From contig NW_003314287.1 of assembly GCF_000143415.4 (NCBI RefSeq), positions 1,909,896 through 1,973,895 on the forward strand: 64,000 nucleotides of DNA, read 5' to 3'. Each line of letters begins with the position of its first letter. Within the stretch, counting starts at the first letter, position 1. The position numbers and the translations under genes are program-made. The DNA is from Selaginella moellendorffii (taxonomy: Eukaryota > Plantae > Lycopodiophyta). Under the pieces are notes generated by a model. That model did no database searches. It was not told the origin of the DNA and saw only the letters and a list, made by a program, of their open reading frames with translations. Below are positions 26,579-39,799 of the stretch, one piece after another.

Positions 26579-27351
26579 CTATGGCTCGCAAAGATTTACA
26601 GCAGAAAGACTTCGAGACTCAAGCTCAAGTGCTCCACGCTCTTGCTCTATCTGCTCAGAAGCTTGACGCTCTTGCTCGATCATACGAAATATATACTGCT
26701 GCAGCCAAAACAGATCAAACTCAACGTAGTAGTCACCCTTCACATGAGCAGTGAAAGACGACACTGGAAACTTCACCACAAAGCGCTCTCGGTTCTGCTC
26801 ATTGCAAAACTCGGGACCAAACTGGATCTCCATGGCATCCTTCCCGCTCTCCCTGGCTACAAACGTAAACTCGTCACCAGGCCGCGCAATCTTCACCCCG
26901 ATCGCCACCAAGCAGCCCGACTCCACCCACAGATCCAAAACCTCCCTTAAAACTTCCAGTGGCTCGTTCTTGTATCCAACACCGCCCGCGCTGGCTGCGC
27001 GAGCGACGACCCGGAGAAGAAGCAAGCGTCCGGCTCCTTGTTGCCGCTGATGGTCTGGAGGCGAGACGCTCCAGCGCCCGTGATCGCTTTTGTAAGAGAG
27101 GCTAGCCCAATGCCCGGGATCTGGATGATGTGAAAAATGATGGAGGGCTCTAGCGCAGATGACACGGTGCTGTGGACTATTGACGGATCCCCATAGGCCA
27201 AAACCTCACCCCTCCTGTACTCTAGCCTCCAACTCGAGTCGCAGGCGTCGTACACACCCCATGGGACGTTTGTGGCCACGACAAATGGCCCCGGCTGCCC
27301 TCTGCTGTAGGCGTCAACCGCTTGCTTCAATCCGGCTTCCAAAGCGTCCAT
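26579..27351 (-). pseudogene. Uma2-like nuclease gene, frameshifted copy (~260 aa if repaired)
   Basis: ORFs 26947-27351 and 26579-27025 join via a 7-bp deletion (GGCCACC) at ~26975 relative to bases 89-95; intronless. Confidence 0.8.
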
Positions 27352-28268
27352 GAAATTGCTTGCCCTAAAACTCCCTAAATATCCAGTAAGATCTCATGTC
27401 CTTTTTCTCCTCACTGCAAGATTGATCAAAAGTGAGTTTCATCATGGGTAAAAATGTGGATCCGGGGGAGTTCTCGAAATGGCCCAAGGACGGTTAACTG
27501 GTGCTGATCATCACGCGCTGAACAGATCTGCGGACAGGTTATCCAAATGGTTGGGATGGAACAAGGTTCACAGGCGTTCATAAGGTGTGGGACGTCAACT
27601 TGATGAGCAAAAAAGGTGTCATGACCTTAGTTAATTGTGGCAGTGCCGGACCTTTTGCACTGATTATTCCACACATCGCTACTGGAGCAGTAGCGCTTCT
27701 GGGAACGACCTCGGGCCATCATAAAAACCACATGTAGTGAGTCTATGAGCAAGCTCTCTAAAGACTTGCTTCTCTGGCACGTCACTGATACAAACAAAAG
27801 CGGGACATGCTGTTCATGTGGAGGTCACTTGGAGCATGAGATTACATAACCGAGTCTTGTCAAAGTTCCACACATTCCTTCTCTAGGGACTTGCTGGAGG
27901 ACTCAGAGTTTTACATTAGACCTCTTTGAACTTGCATCCAGAAGTGGAGACTTGAGGTCTACACAGCTGCTGATCAAGCTTACAGAAGAGATGTTGTTAT
28001 GCTGCTACCCGGATTGTGACATTGTAGTTTCATGTTAGAGTAAGCTACTAGTACCCTTGGTATCGCTATTGAGATTGCAACAAGAATCAAAGCTAACCAA
28101 TCATGTTGCTAGATCTAGCCTCAAAAGGATGTTCAAGGCTTTGGAAGAAAGAAAAGAGAGAGAAAGACAAGAATTTCAATATATGTATTGATTTCGTGTT
28201 GTAGTTTAACATTAGAAAGGCATTGTCAATTGCTATGACAACTAATTACAAAAACATTAGTTGACCTT

Positions 28269-29113
28269 TGTAGAACTGAGGGAATATTCCATTTGCCGCC
28301 ACGTCAGTATTAGGGTCACGACCATTGGGGACACTTAAAGGGGAAAAAACAGGGGATCAAATATATGTGAGGAAGTAAAGGAAAAAAGGATGCCTCGACG
28401 AAGAGGTCCTCGGCGAAGCGCCCTCGATCGTGTGAACAAGCGACCGGATACGACCGGATACGACGAGAAGCAAGAGAACGTCAAGCCACTATGACACTGT
28501 GGGCAGCGGTTCTATTTTAGAGCAAACTCCTAGATATTCCCTGGGGTGTCTTCACTGGTGCACTGCCCAAACCCATTCTTCAATAAACCTACAGAGTTCG
28601 AGCGAGGAGAGCCGAACCAAGTAGCGTCATTGAACAATTGGGACTAGACAGCAGCACGATCGTTTAGTTAAAATCTTGCTGGATTCCGAGCGGGAGGAGC
28701 AAATCCGACGCCAGCAGGACGAGCGGGCAGCCCGCTACGCACGACGTCAGGCGCTTTCTACGCCACTTTCGTCTCCTCGCATAAGACCCTCGTCACCAAG
28801 CGAGGAGCCTTCTTCCCCACCAGATCTTGACGAGGAAGTTTGGGGCGAGTACCAATCGTCCCCTCCTCCACCCATCTGAGTTTCTACTCCTCCAAGAATG
28901 AGTGGCGCTGGCGGATCCGGAGGTGCACCACCACCGCTGCCGCCGCCAATTCCTCCTCTGCCAGGACGGCATTTTACTTCTCGCCCATCGCGGGCAATGA
29001 TGCGGACACACATTTCAATTCCTTTGAGACTGTTGGCATTGCCAACCAAGAAGCCGATGAAGCCGATCGCCTTCGGTTCTTCCCTGCTACACTCCTATTC
29101 CCTCAGTTCTACA
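28269..29113 (+). mobile_element. 845-bp insertion with perfect 18-bp TIRs containing an LTR-like segment and a gag 5' fragment
   Basis: TGTAGAACTGAGGGAATA...TATTCCCTCAGTTCTACA; TSD ACCTT (28264-28268, 29114-29118); absent from unit A (~1316); gag-like GNDADTHFNSFETVGIANQE..RLRFFPATL. Confidence 0.85.
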
Positions 29114-30008
29114 ACCTTTACTCCTATCTCATCATTATTATTTATTTTCAATAACACAATTCTCAGAAATGAGAATAAATAATAATGAGATCAAAGAAAC
29201 AACAGAAGAAATCATTTGTCAAATGTTTGCTGTGACAATTAATTACAAAAACATTAGTTGACCTTTACTCCTCATCTAATAACCCTAATTTTGGAGAACT
29301 AGCACATGAGCAAGGTGCACCTGTAATGAAGACTGGAGTCACCAATTGACAATGCCTGTCTAATGTTAAACCAAAACATTTATAATATTTTTGCAACAAT
29401 TAGCATCCTTTATATAAAAAACATCTTAATTGTTGTAAATATAACAACAAATATTTTGCAACAATTAAGATCCTTTAAAATATTTTTGACCAACTCACAA
29501 AATATGTCTAGATATAAATATGCTTTTTGATTTACAGAAACCAAGAAGTTTTTGATAAATATTGATGTGGCATATTAGGATATCCAGATATTAATATAGT
29601 GCTATATACATTACACATACTTATAAGTGGAAATTATTATTTATATATTATGAACATTAGTGGTAATTTCTAATCATATTGTGAAGTAGCATAATTTCCA
29701 GCAACAAAAGTGATATGTGAAGCACCAAATGCTATTATTATTGTAATTGTTTTCTAAAATTCTACTCAGTTCACCTCTTGTAGTAGCTCCTTCCTTTGTA
29801 CTATCTGCAATATTCATAGACAAAAGAATTTTCAATTGTTCAATAAATCAAAATATTTATTATAATAATTGTTTTTGTTCCATCCTCATTTATTAGTATC
29901 TTGCCCTTTTCTTGCAAGTATGCTATTTGGAATAGCTGCAACCATACTATTAATTGTATTAAAAGGTAAATGAGTAGATTCCAAAGATATGTATATTTAA
30001 TATATATT

Positions 30009-32185
30009 TGTGAAGTCCAAGTGTACAGCTACAATGCCATATACTAATATTAGTGTAATGGGATTTTGATAATCATTGGATTGATTTCAATCCGAATCAC
30101 TCACTTCTGTATATAAGCTAGGGTTTTTGGGCTAATTGATATGCACATTTTCTGTATTCTTTTTCCATATTTCATGCACTCACATTGGTGGAAATGTTCT
30201 ATGCACTCACATTGGTGGAGGTGAGGGGCACTTTTGATTGTCCTTAAGAAGTGTTTGGATTTGGGATTTGATTTAGATTTAGTTTTTGCATCATTTAAAT
30301 TTAGCTTTTTCCATTTCCTTTCTTTTGTTCTTTCCTTTCAGGATTTTAGTTTAAATTTAGTTTTTTTTTCATTGTCTAAATCTCCCTTTCCTTCTAGCTT
30401 TTTGTCATTTCTCTTTTTTTACTCTTTCTTTTTCGTTCATCTTCATGGCAAATTAGCAATTTCCTCCTTTGACCTTGGAGTAGTAGTTGGTATAATTGCT
30501 TGATGTTATGTGTTTGCAATTGAATAACCAAACTTAGTTGATGGCAACATTCATAGCACGTGGTACAACTCCTCTTGCTCTTGGTGCCAATCCTCGCATT
30601 TGACCGGAGTTCTTTCACGGGAATCTTGAGGATGATGTGTACCATTGGTTCAATTACTTCATAATGATTGCCACATATCATTTTTGGGATGATACTCGAC
30701 ATTTGCATGAGTTTCCCACGTGTCTCCAAAGGATGGCATTGCAGTGGTACAATGGTTTGAGCGCAGTCACTCGTGAGGATTGGAGTGTTCTCTCGGACGT
30801 CTTCAAAAGCACATTCGGACATGTTGATGATTGTGATGATGCCTTCCAACAATTGTATCGTCTTCGTCAAGGGCTATATAAGTTGGTGATGCAATTTGCC
30901 ATTCGTTTTTGAAGCCTTTTGCTTCGTGCAGAGTCAAATTTGTCAGAGTGGATCAAGTTAGGAATGTTGTGGCCAGCACTTCGTCAAGATCATGTTGAAC
31001 TTGTGCATGAACTTGCTCCCACCACCCTTAACAATGCTCTTCACTTGGCACAACGTTATGAGACGTCACTTTTTCCACTTCTCGCTGCATGTTCTTCAGC
31101 TCCACTTCCTATGGGTGATAGTCCTGTTCCAATGGAGGTTGATGTTGGTATTGCTCGAGTCCAAGAACAAAGGTGAGGCCATGGTCGTGGCCGTGATATT
31201 TGTTGTTGGGCGTGTAATAAAGTTGGTCACACTTATTGGTGTTATTAGGGTTTTCCAGATTAGCAGCCACCATTTCCTGGGTGAGGACCTTGGCGTCAAC
31301 AATGTCCTATTGGTGCTACTGCAGTGAATGGTCTGGACACCGAGATGCATATGGGAAATGAAGAGTCATGCGAGTAATGGAAGGACCTTGCGTGAATAAG
31401 TTAGTGACTCCTCCATCTTTCTTTCGGGAGTATCATCAAGGGGTTCACTTGGCACCAGTTCATCCAATGTTTACTTTCCAAGCTTGTTTTTATAACAAGA
31501 GGTCTCCTATTATTCTCTTCGTGTTGGTTAATATAGGTTCGAGTTTATCTTCTATTGCTCAACCCGTTGCCACATATTGCCATCTATACTTGCATTGTGC
31601 GATGGAGCCAGTTTTCATTCTTTATGGCAACGGCTGTACACATACATGTGCACGAGATGAGGTAGACTTAGTTGTGCGTGTGGGTGATCTCAAGCTTGGG
31701 TTGCAATCATTGCAGGTGGTGTTGAGTCAAGATTTTAACTTCATCTTTGGTATAGATTGGTTGCAGTGCAATCATGCCAAGTATGACTTTGAGGCTTTTC
31801 CCCCTTGTTTCATACTTATATTTCATCCATTCTTTTCACTTTCATGCCTCTTCGTCCCTCTGCTTCTACCTCTGCTTCCATTACTTTTGTCCCCCCACTC
31901 CTTCCTCTTATGTTTTTGTCTTATTCTGCTTTTCCCTTTTCTGATCCCTCTGGCAATCTTTGTGTTGCAGCGGTTGATCGGCTCATGAATGAGTATTCTG
32001 ATTTCTTTGCATTTGACCTATCACCTGGGGCCAAGATTGCCATATGTCATCCTAATTGAATTGGGGATGTGCATCCAATCAAGTTTCATGTTCGCCGTCG
32101 ATCACCAAAAGAGATCAAGATTTTACGTGCAAACATCAAGGAGATGTTGGAGAAGGGTGTTATTCGGAAGTCGTGGTTGGAATGC
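30009..32185 (+). mobile_element. Ty3/gypsy (Ala-PBS family) 5' part: LTR 30009-30184, gag, protease, RT start
   Basis: 176-bp LTR, PBS TGGTGGAGGTGAGGGG, gag (ALQWYNGL, PVPMEVD), interrupted by nested elements; resumes at ~43183. Confidence 0.85.
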
Positions 32186-32273
32186 ATGTTTGACCACCTA
32201 AGATATTAATTTGGTTCCCACTAGGTTGTGTTACTCCTTTTTTTCTTGTCCGGTTTGGGTCTAAGCCCAAGCT

Positions 32274-32373
32274 NNNNNNNNNNNNNNNNNNNNNNNNNNN
32301 NNNNNNNNNNNNNNNNNNNNNNNNNNNNNNNNNNNNNNNNNNNNNNNNNNNNNNNNNNNNNNNNNNNNNNNNN
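32274..32373. other. Assembly gap (100 N)
   Basis: Run of N. Confidence 1.
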
Positions 32374-32374
32374 A

Positions 32375-35300
32375 TGTAAGCCACAAATTTTTCATTTCCA
32401 ATTTGTCAGTTTACCTTGTCTATCTGACCAACACCGCCTTGGCCTTTGCTAAGTTCCCTCGCCAAAGTTCCTACCTATTATACCAGTTCTTACTTGGTCC
32501 TACTTGGTTTCAGCTACTCACTGCACGAGCAACAGAGCATTAGCCATCCATCCACGGATTCCCAAATCTCTCCTAATTCCCCTCCCTAGGTTAGATTAGA
32601 CTTAAGGTTTGGCTACACTCCCTACAAACACAAACAACCAAGCACACCAAGCTGGTTTAGTTCCCTCTCCGACACTACCCAAGTCCATACTCACTCCCAC
32701 CCAAGGCCCCAGTCTCAACCTCAAGTCAATTTGGAAGCACCATTGGAGAGTTCCTTCAAGACTAGTTCCTGAACCTCACTATCCTTACTATACTTTTGGA
32801 ACCCTTTGCAGCCAGCCCCCCCCCCCCCCCCCCCCCTGGAAGACACATGCTTTGGGTTTTTACCCCTTGACCTGTATTGGTACTCGGATTCGATCTCAGA
32901 CTTGATCTTGGACCCGACCTTGGACTCGGTCTCGAACTTGACCTCAGACCTGATCTCGGACTCGGTCTCGAACCCAATCTCAAGTCTCGGACCCGGTCTT
33001 GGATCTCGGACCCGGTCTCAGATCTCGGACTCTGTCTAGAACTCAGTCTCGAACTTGGTCTCGGAGTCGGCCAGGAATACATGCATTTTTACCTTTGGGT
33101 CAACTTTCAGTTGATCCCACTTGGTAGCCTGAGGTTCTTGGTGTTCAGCCACACCATCTCCCCAGCTTAGAACTCTACATCCCGGTGCTTCTGATTCATG
33201 TACTTGGTTTGCCTTTGTTGAGCCCGTTCCAAGGAATTCCTCACTAGATTCTAAATATTGAGTTTTTCTGCCATGAATGCCTCCACCACGGGTAACTCTC
33301 CATGATACTCAGCTACGCTGAGTTCCACAGAACCTTTAATAGTTTGCCCATTAATGACTTCCCATGGACTCAGCCCGATACTCGAGTGTGATGAGTTCTT
33401 ATAGCATATTTCCGCAAGTCCCAAATGACTTACCCAATCAGTCTGGTCTTCGGAGATATAGCATCGCAAATAATCCTCCAGTTGCCTATTCACCCTTTTC
33501 ATTTGTCTATCTGTCAAGAAGTGTTAGTGCCATTCAACTTGACTTAATACCCAATACTTGTCTGTGGGTGATATGCTGTGCTGAATTTCAACTTGGTGTG
33601 ATACTATTCCAAGAGAGTTCTCCAGAACCTACTGGTGAAGATCTTGTTTCGATCTGAGATGATCTCCTCTAGCCTTCCCCGCACTAAAACCACTTGTTCA
33701 AAAAAAACCTTCGCCACACCTTCCGCATCCACTTCCGTTGTGGTGGGTATGAAATGTGTCATCTTTGAAAATCAGTCTACCACCACGAATATCGCATCAA
33801 ACCCCTCACTTGGGGGGAGTCTCGTGATGAAGTCCATCGTAAGACATTTCCACAGACGATCTGGAATTGGGATGCTTTGTAACAAACCCCCACTAGCTTT
33901 AGTCATGGCTTTGACCTGTTGACATGTCTTTACATAGTCTTGGACGTCCTTAGCCATATCTAGCTAGTGATACTTCCTCTTGAGTAAGCCCATTGTCTTG
34001 GGCACTCCGCTGTGTCCCACAAGAGGTTTGTCATGACACTCTTCTAAGGCTACCTTCCTTAGTTCCCCTTTTGGAATATACACCTTCATTTATTTATAAT
34101 AGATGAGTCCATTGCATTCCACATAGCCTATTTTCTCTTCCGTTGGCAGCTCACCTCTCTGGTGAGCTTCCTGCACCTCGAGGTTCCTCAGCAACACTTC
34201 TTGTGCTAAACCATTGTTCTTATATGCTGTCCGCACATTATCCCAAAAGGTTGCTGTCGCATTGAATATCGCCAACTTCAAGCTCGCTTTTCAACTTAGA
34301 GCATCTACCACGATGTTGCTCTTCCCAGGTTTATACATAATCTTGCAATCAAACTTGGCCAAAGCATTGGCCCACCGACCCTGTTTCCCTCTCAGGTTGG
34401 GTTGTGACAAGAAGTGTTTTGTTGCCACGTTGTCCGTGTAAACCTTGAAGTGTCTCCCAAGGTAGTGTCTCCACTCCTTGAACGCCTTGACTACCGCAAA
34501 CAATTCCTTCTTGTGGGCAGCCCACTTCCGCTGAGTCTAGTCCAACTTCTTCGAGAAGAACACTATTGGATGGTTGTCTTACTTCAACACTACACCCAAC
34601 GCAAAGTCCAAAGCATCCGTTTCTACCTCAAAGTCCTTACCAAATTAACATAGAAGCCTTCCTCAACTTCCCTTTGAGGTGGAAAAATGCCGCCTCCCAT
34701 TCTGCTGTCCATACCATCTTCCCTTTTCCCGTTTGATCCGTCAAAAGCAGAGTTACTCTTAAATAGTGTTTGATAAACTTTCGGTAGTAGTTGCATAGCC
34801 CCAAAAATGCCCTTAACTTGTGTACATTCAATGGTCGTTCCCATTCCTGGATCGCTTGGACCTTCTCAGGGTCCACCTTGAGCCCATGTTTGCCCACCAC
34901 ATGCTTGAGAAACTTTACCTTTTGTTGAGCAAAGTCACATTTGCTCTCTTTAGCATATAGTTAGTGTTCTCTTAGTTTCTCAAACACTTTCGTCAAGTGT
35001 TCGGCATGCTCCTCTAGCATCTCGCTATAGATTAGTATATCGTTAATATAAAGGACCACAAAGTGATCCAAATAGGGTACAAAGATGTGGTTCATTAGTG
35101 CTGAAAACATTGCTAGCACATTGCACAACCCAAAGGGCATCACCAAAAACTCAAAGCTCCCATACCTTGTTCAACAGATTGTCTTCTTGACATCTTCCTC
35201 TGCTACCCTGATTTGGTAGTATTTTGACATTAGGTCAATCCTTGAGAAGTATTTTATCTTTCCTAACCTATCGAACAGGTCCTCAATCCTTGGCAAAGGG

Positions 35301-37740
35301 TACTTGTTCTTCTTTATATACTTGTTGAGCAACCGGTGGTCTATGCATATGCGTATAGATCCATCTTTCTTTTTCAAAAATAACACCAGTGCCCTATACA
35401 GCGACTTGCTCAACCTAACATACCCTTTGTCCACCAACTCTTTTAGTTGGCGTTTGAGCTCCTCGAGTTCCTTTTCATTCAAATGATAGAGGGGACGAAC
35501 CACCACCTTAGCACCCTCGACTAGCTCAATCTTATGTTTTATCAGTTGTGTGGGGGGCAACCCCACCGATAGCTCCTCTAGCATAGTATCCTGAAATTGG
35601 TCCAACACCTGCTAGATCACTAAAGGCACTTCTTTTGTTCCTGTCTTTTTGTCACTTTTCACCGAGAGTAAGCACAAAAATGTTGCCTTGGTTCCTTTAG
35701 TGAGTTGTCCTCTCGTGAACACCAAGTTTAAGCAGGAGTCTTTAGCCTTACATTGCCCTACCTTTAGATCCTAGGCCTCCACCTTGGATCATTCTCCCCG
35801 AGCATTTGCCAATACCATAAGGTTCCTACCTTGTCCATACAAGGCTACTACAAACCGATTGAACCAATCAATCCTAAAGATTACGTCAAATCCCGCTATA
35901 TCTAACACAGTGAAATCCATGTCTATTTTCCATGTCTCTACTTCGACTTTCGCTTGTCGAAGTACCTCATTAGTGCTTTGGCTACCTTGAACAAACTCTA
36001 TCGTCTTTGGTTCACCTAGTCGCTGCACCGTTAGTCCGGTTTGCCGGATTATGTCTGCAGCCACAAAATTATCCGAAGCACCCATGTCAATAAAGATCTT
36101 AACAAAGCTACCTCTGAGTTTCCTTCGGAGGGCTAGTAGATGTCGCAAACGACTCTCTACCAAAGTTGCTCGTGTAATGAGTAATTTTGAGCTAGGGACT
36201 GGATCACATACCTCAGTTTGAATTTCACTCGACTTAATGGCCATATTGGCTCTAGCCTTCTTTGGGTAGGGACATTCCCTCACAAAGTGTCCCGCTTCAC
36301 CATAGTTGTAGCATACGTTGTTTCCCACGCTGCTAGCAGATTTGACCTTCTTATCCATGGGTTTGTCTCTTTTTGCTTGACTCCCCCATGTACTTGCTTG
36401 CTGATCACCGGATTTGCCTTTCCAGAACTCCGAAGACTCATTCTTAAAGAAATTCTTCTTGAATTTCCTTTTGCCATATGTTCCCCTTGGTTTGGCCCCT
36501 TTGCTAAATGTGGACCCCGACCCTGTCGTGTTCCCCTTTCACAGGTTATCATTTTAATGCACCTTGATAGTTGCATCCAACGCTTCCTTGTAGTTGGTCG
36601 GGTTCCAACACATCACCTCGCCGCGAGCCCAGGTTTGCAAGCTTGATATGATGGCATGGAATGCATCCATATCACCCATATCCATGACAAGTATCCTCTT
36701 TGCCATAAACCCATTCACATACTCTTGAATGGTTCCAGTCTGCTTTAGCCTACTCAGCTCATCCCTTAGGTGTAGAGTAGCATTCGGAGGAACATAAGTC
36801 GCATGAATCCTTGCCTTCATCATTTCCCAAGTGGCCACCGGTCCTTCGTTGGCCTCTATCGTTCTCCACCAAGACTTAGCATTATCTGCCAAGTATGGTT
36901 TTGCACATGGGACCTTCTCCAAGCTCGGTAACCGCAATGCTCGAAAGTAGTCCTTCATATTGTAAAACCAATCCTCCACCACCTTATAGTCGTTCACTCC
37001 TTTGAAGACCTGTGGGGGCTTTGGTTTGTACTTTGGAACTGTTTGAGGGACTGATTCCACTTCAGTCTGTTTGACCTTGTTTAGTTCTACCTCAGTCCCT
37101 ATCGAAGGGTCCACACCTTCTGCACTACCAATATCTGCAGTCTTTCGCCTTTATTTCCGCTTCTCGTCACGCTTTAGCTTGTGTATGAGAGTCTCCACCA
37201 GGGCATTAGTCTATGCCAATTGTCCTTTTAGAATGTCCAATCAAGCCTTGGACAACCGAACTTCACCATCGGACTCCTGTTTGGACTAAAGTCCTCCTCA
37301 TACAAGGATTCCTCATCCATAGCCTCTTGTTCGACTGGAGGCTCCAACTCTGGAGGAGGTTTCGTCTCTGCCTTGGTTCTTTTATGCCCTGCCTTTGCCA
37401 TCTCTTAGCAATCTGCTTCTATCCTTCATTAAAATTGAGGAAAAGGCTCCGATACCAAATTGTAAGTCGCAAATTTTTCATTTCCAATTTGCCAGTTTAC
37501 CTCGTCTATCCAACCAACACCGCCTTGGTCTTTGCTAAGTTCCCTCGCCAAGGTTCCCACCTATTGTACTAGCTCCTACTTGGTCCTACTTGGTTTTAGC
37601 TACTCACTACACAAGCAACAGAGCATTAGTCATCCATCCACGAATTCCCAAATCTCTTCCAATCCCCCTCCTCGGGTTAGACTGGACTTAAGGTTCGGCT
37701 ACACTCCTTGCAGGCACAAACAGCCAAGCATACCAAGCCT
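32375..37740 (-). mobile_element. Degenerate Ty3/gypsy (chromovirus-like) element with tRNA-Met PBS
   Basis: LTR homology 32375-32652 vs 37461-37738; PBS TGGTATCGGAGC (37447-37458); gag (AKSWW, LKQTGTIQEY, CYNYGEAGHFVRECP), protease (IDMGASDNF), RT (YINDILIYS), RNase H, INT ([10 protein letters not shown]). Confidence 0.88.
32885..33072. repeat. Degenerate 12-bp tandem array (GACYCGGTCTCG-like)
   Basis: About 15 imperfect units; an inverted relative with the same flank lies at 62180-62390. Confidence 0.75.
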
Positions 37741-38779
37741 CCAGATTCCTAACATCCTTTGGTACAACAAGATTTGATCATAGGACCTTCGAAATCTCAA
37801 GCCTTGGGTGCAACACTTGCTTTAGGACGCCAAGGGGAAACACCGTGGCCTAACGGCCTAGTATGGGTACCTCTACCCCCTGAATGGTTTTCGAGCATAA
37901 TAATCAATAGATCAGCCATTGGAAAATCTTTAAAAATTTGTGAAAAATTTTCCATCCTAAAGAAAGAATGACTCTCAGTCTAGGAATATAAACTTTCAAA
38001 ACTCAACCAACTTCCTCCTACCAACAACTTCACATAAGTTCACCTCAATATTGGTTCTCATGACCCAACAATATGTCTAAGCATAGAATATCTTGCCTAT
38101 ATTTCAACATCCAACACCAACATCCGCAAAATGCAAAATGAACATCCAAAGCTTGATCACAAAGATCATATCTTCAGATATTTATATTGCATTAACACTC
38201 TTCTTCAACCACCTTCAAGATCCAATATGAAGCTAAGACACTAACAAGAAAAATGACATGAAAAATCAAGCTTTGAGTCTCATTCCTTATTCCTCATCAT
38301 TTAAAATAACAATGTCATTTCCATTAATACAAGTGTTAGCAATGCCAATCCCTCAACTACACATTTTCTCTATCCAACAATCTACTCCAAGTGCTAATGG
38401 ATAAACTGACAAACCTCGAGCAGAGATGTGAATGATGGTGAAAGAAAGGAAGATGCAAGACGGGCATCTAGAGATAAGTGCGGGCAATGCTGCTAGAAGT
38501 GAGTGGTGATGGAACTGTGAGTGTAGATGATATGGAATTAATGAAGGGAATGTGTGGGGTGTAGTAATGGTAAGGGAAGGGCCAAAGAACTTGGAACATA
38601 GACCAAGCCAAATGAGGAACCTCTATACAAATGGCAATGCAGCCTAAGCACAAAATCCAAGGCATGGGCCATGGTCCAATGGAGAAACACCCTCTGAAAG
38701 TAAGAAAAGTAGCTATCAAAGTAAAGTGAAAGAAAGGAAGAAAAAGAAAAGGAAAAAGAAGAGAAGAGGAACACCTCAC

Positions 38780-39400
38780 TAGATGAAGCATTTGAGATGA
38801 GAGTGGTTGTGAGCATGTGGGAGCTCACGTCTATTAGCATCAACTAGCACATATGCTCCACCTCCAATGTGTTGTTAGACAAAGTAGGGGCTGGTCCAGT
38901 GAGGGGAGAACTTCGAAGGCGGCATAAACTCCTTGAGTAGAACGAGATCACCATCCTTAAATGGTTCGGTAGACCGTTGATGATTGGTGATTGACCTGAT
39001 CTGCTGCTTGCCTCAAAGGAGATGTTCATTTGTGGATCGTTGCTGTTTTCCCAAGGCAAGAACCTCCAAGTCACGTGTATGAAGCTTGTCCTCATCACTA
39101 AGCTACATCGCTGTTGCGTATCGAAGTGAAAGTGAGAGTGATGGCACTTGGATCTCCACTAGAAGCATAGCTTCTGTCCCATAAACAAGGGAAAATGGGG
39201 TCACAGAGATGGATGTCTTGAAGGACGTCCGAAAGGCCCACAACACCGTAACCAAGTGCTCGTGCCAACACCTTGGGTGATCCTCCACAAGCTTTGAGAT
39301 GACAGTTTTCAATATCTTGTTGCTGGATTCTGCCTAGCCATTGCACTCAAGATAATAGCTGCTGCTCTTCACGTGCTTGACCTGTAGCTGTTGGAGAAGA
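38780..39400 (-). mobile_element. Tat/Athila-type Ty3/gypsy integrase fragment
   Basis: AESSNKILKTVISKLV..WHEHLVTVLWAFRTSFKTSISVTPFSLVYGTEAML; C-terminal KFSPHWTSPY (GPY/F). Confidence 0.75.
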
Positions 39401-39799
39401 TGCACCACACACTTCTGCCACATGTGAAGAGTTGGCTGGAACTCTTGGATGGTCACAATCCAAGATAAAGTACGAGGATTATGAACCGATCACTGTAAAA
39501 GAAAGGTTAGCACAGTAAAACAAACATGGGAATGGATACGGGCTCCAACAAGAAAGTGACAAAATCGTTCTGGTGGTTGGAATACCGGGGGCTCCATGGT
39601 AGGAAATTCTGAACTCAAAGAGTTATAACTCGCATGCAGCATGTTCAATTGGCTTGATTCTTTCTGCTAGTTGTGTGTCTGGATGTCTTCTTCCATCTCC
39701 AAGAAACGGCATGACAAAATACGCTTGGAGTCGACAACTACCGCAATTTTAGTAGGAAGATGCTGGCTGTGTGACACCTCAGATAGTTGCTGAGAAGGA

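Noticed and set aside
32885-33072. CRISPR-like array (also 62180-62390)
   Set aside because: Contiguous degenerate 12-mers with no unique spacers; eukaryotic LTR context; no cas genes.
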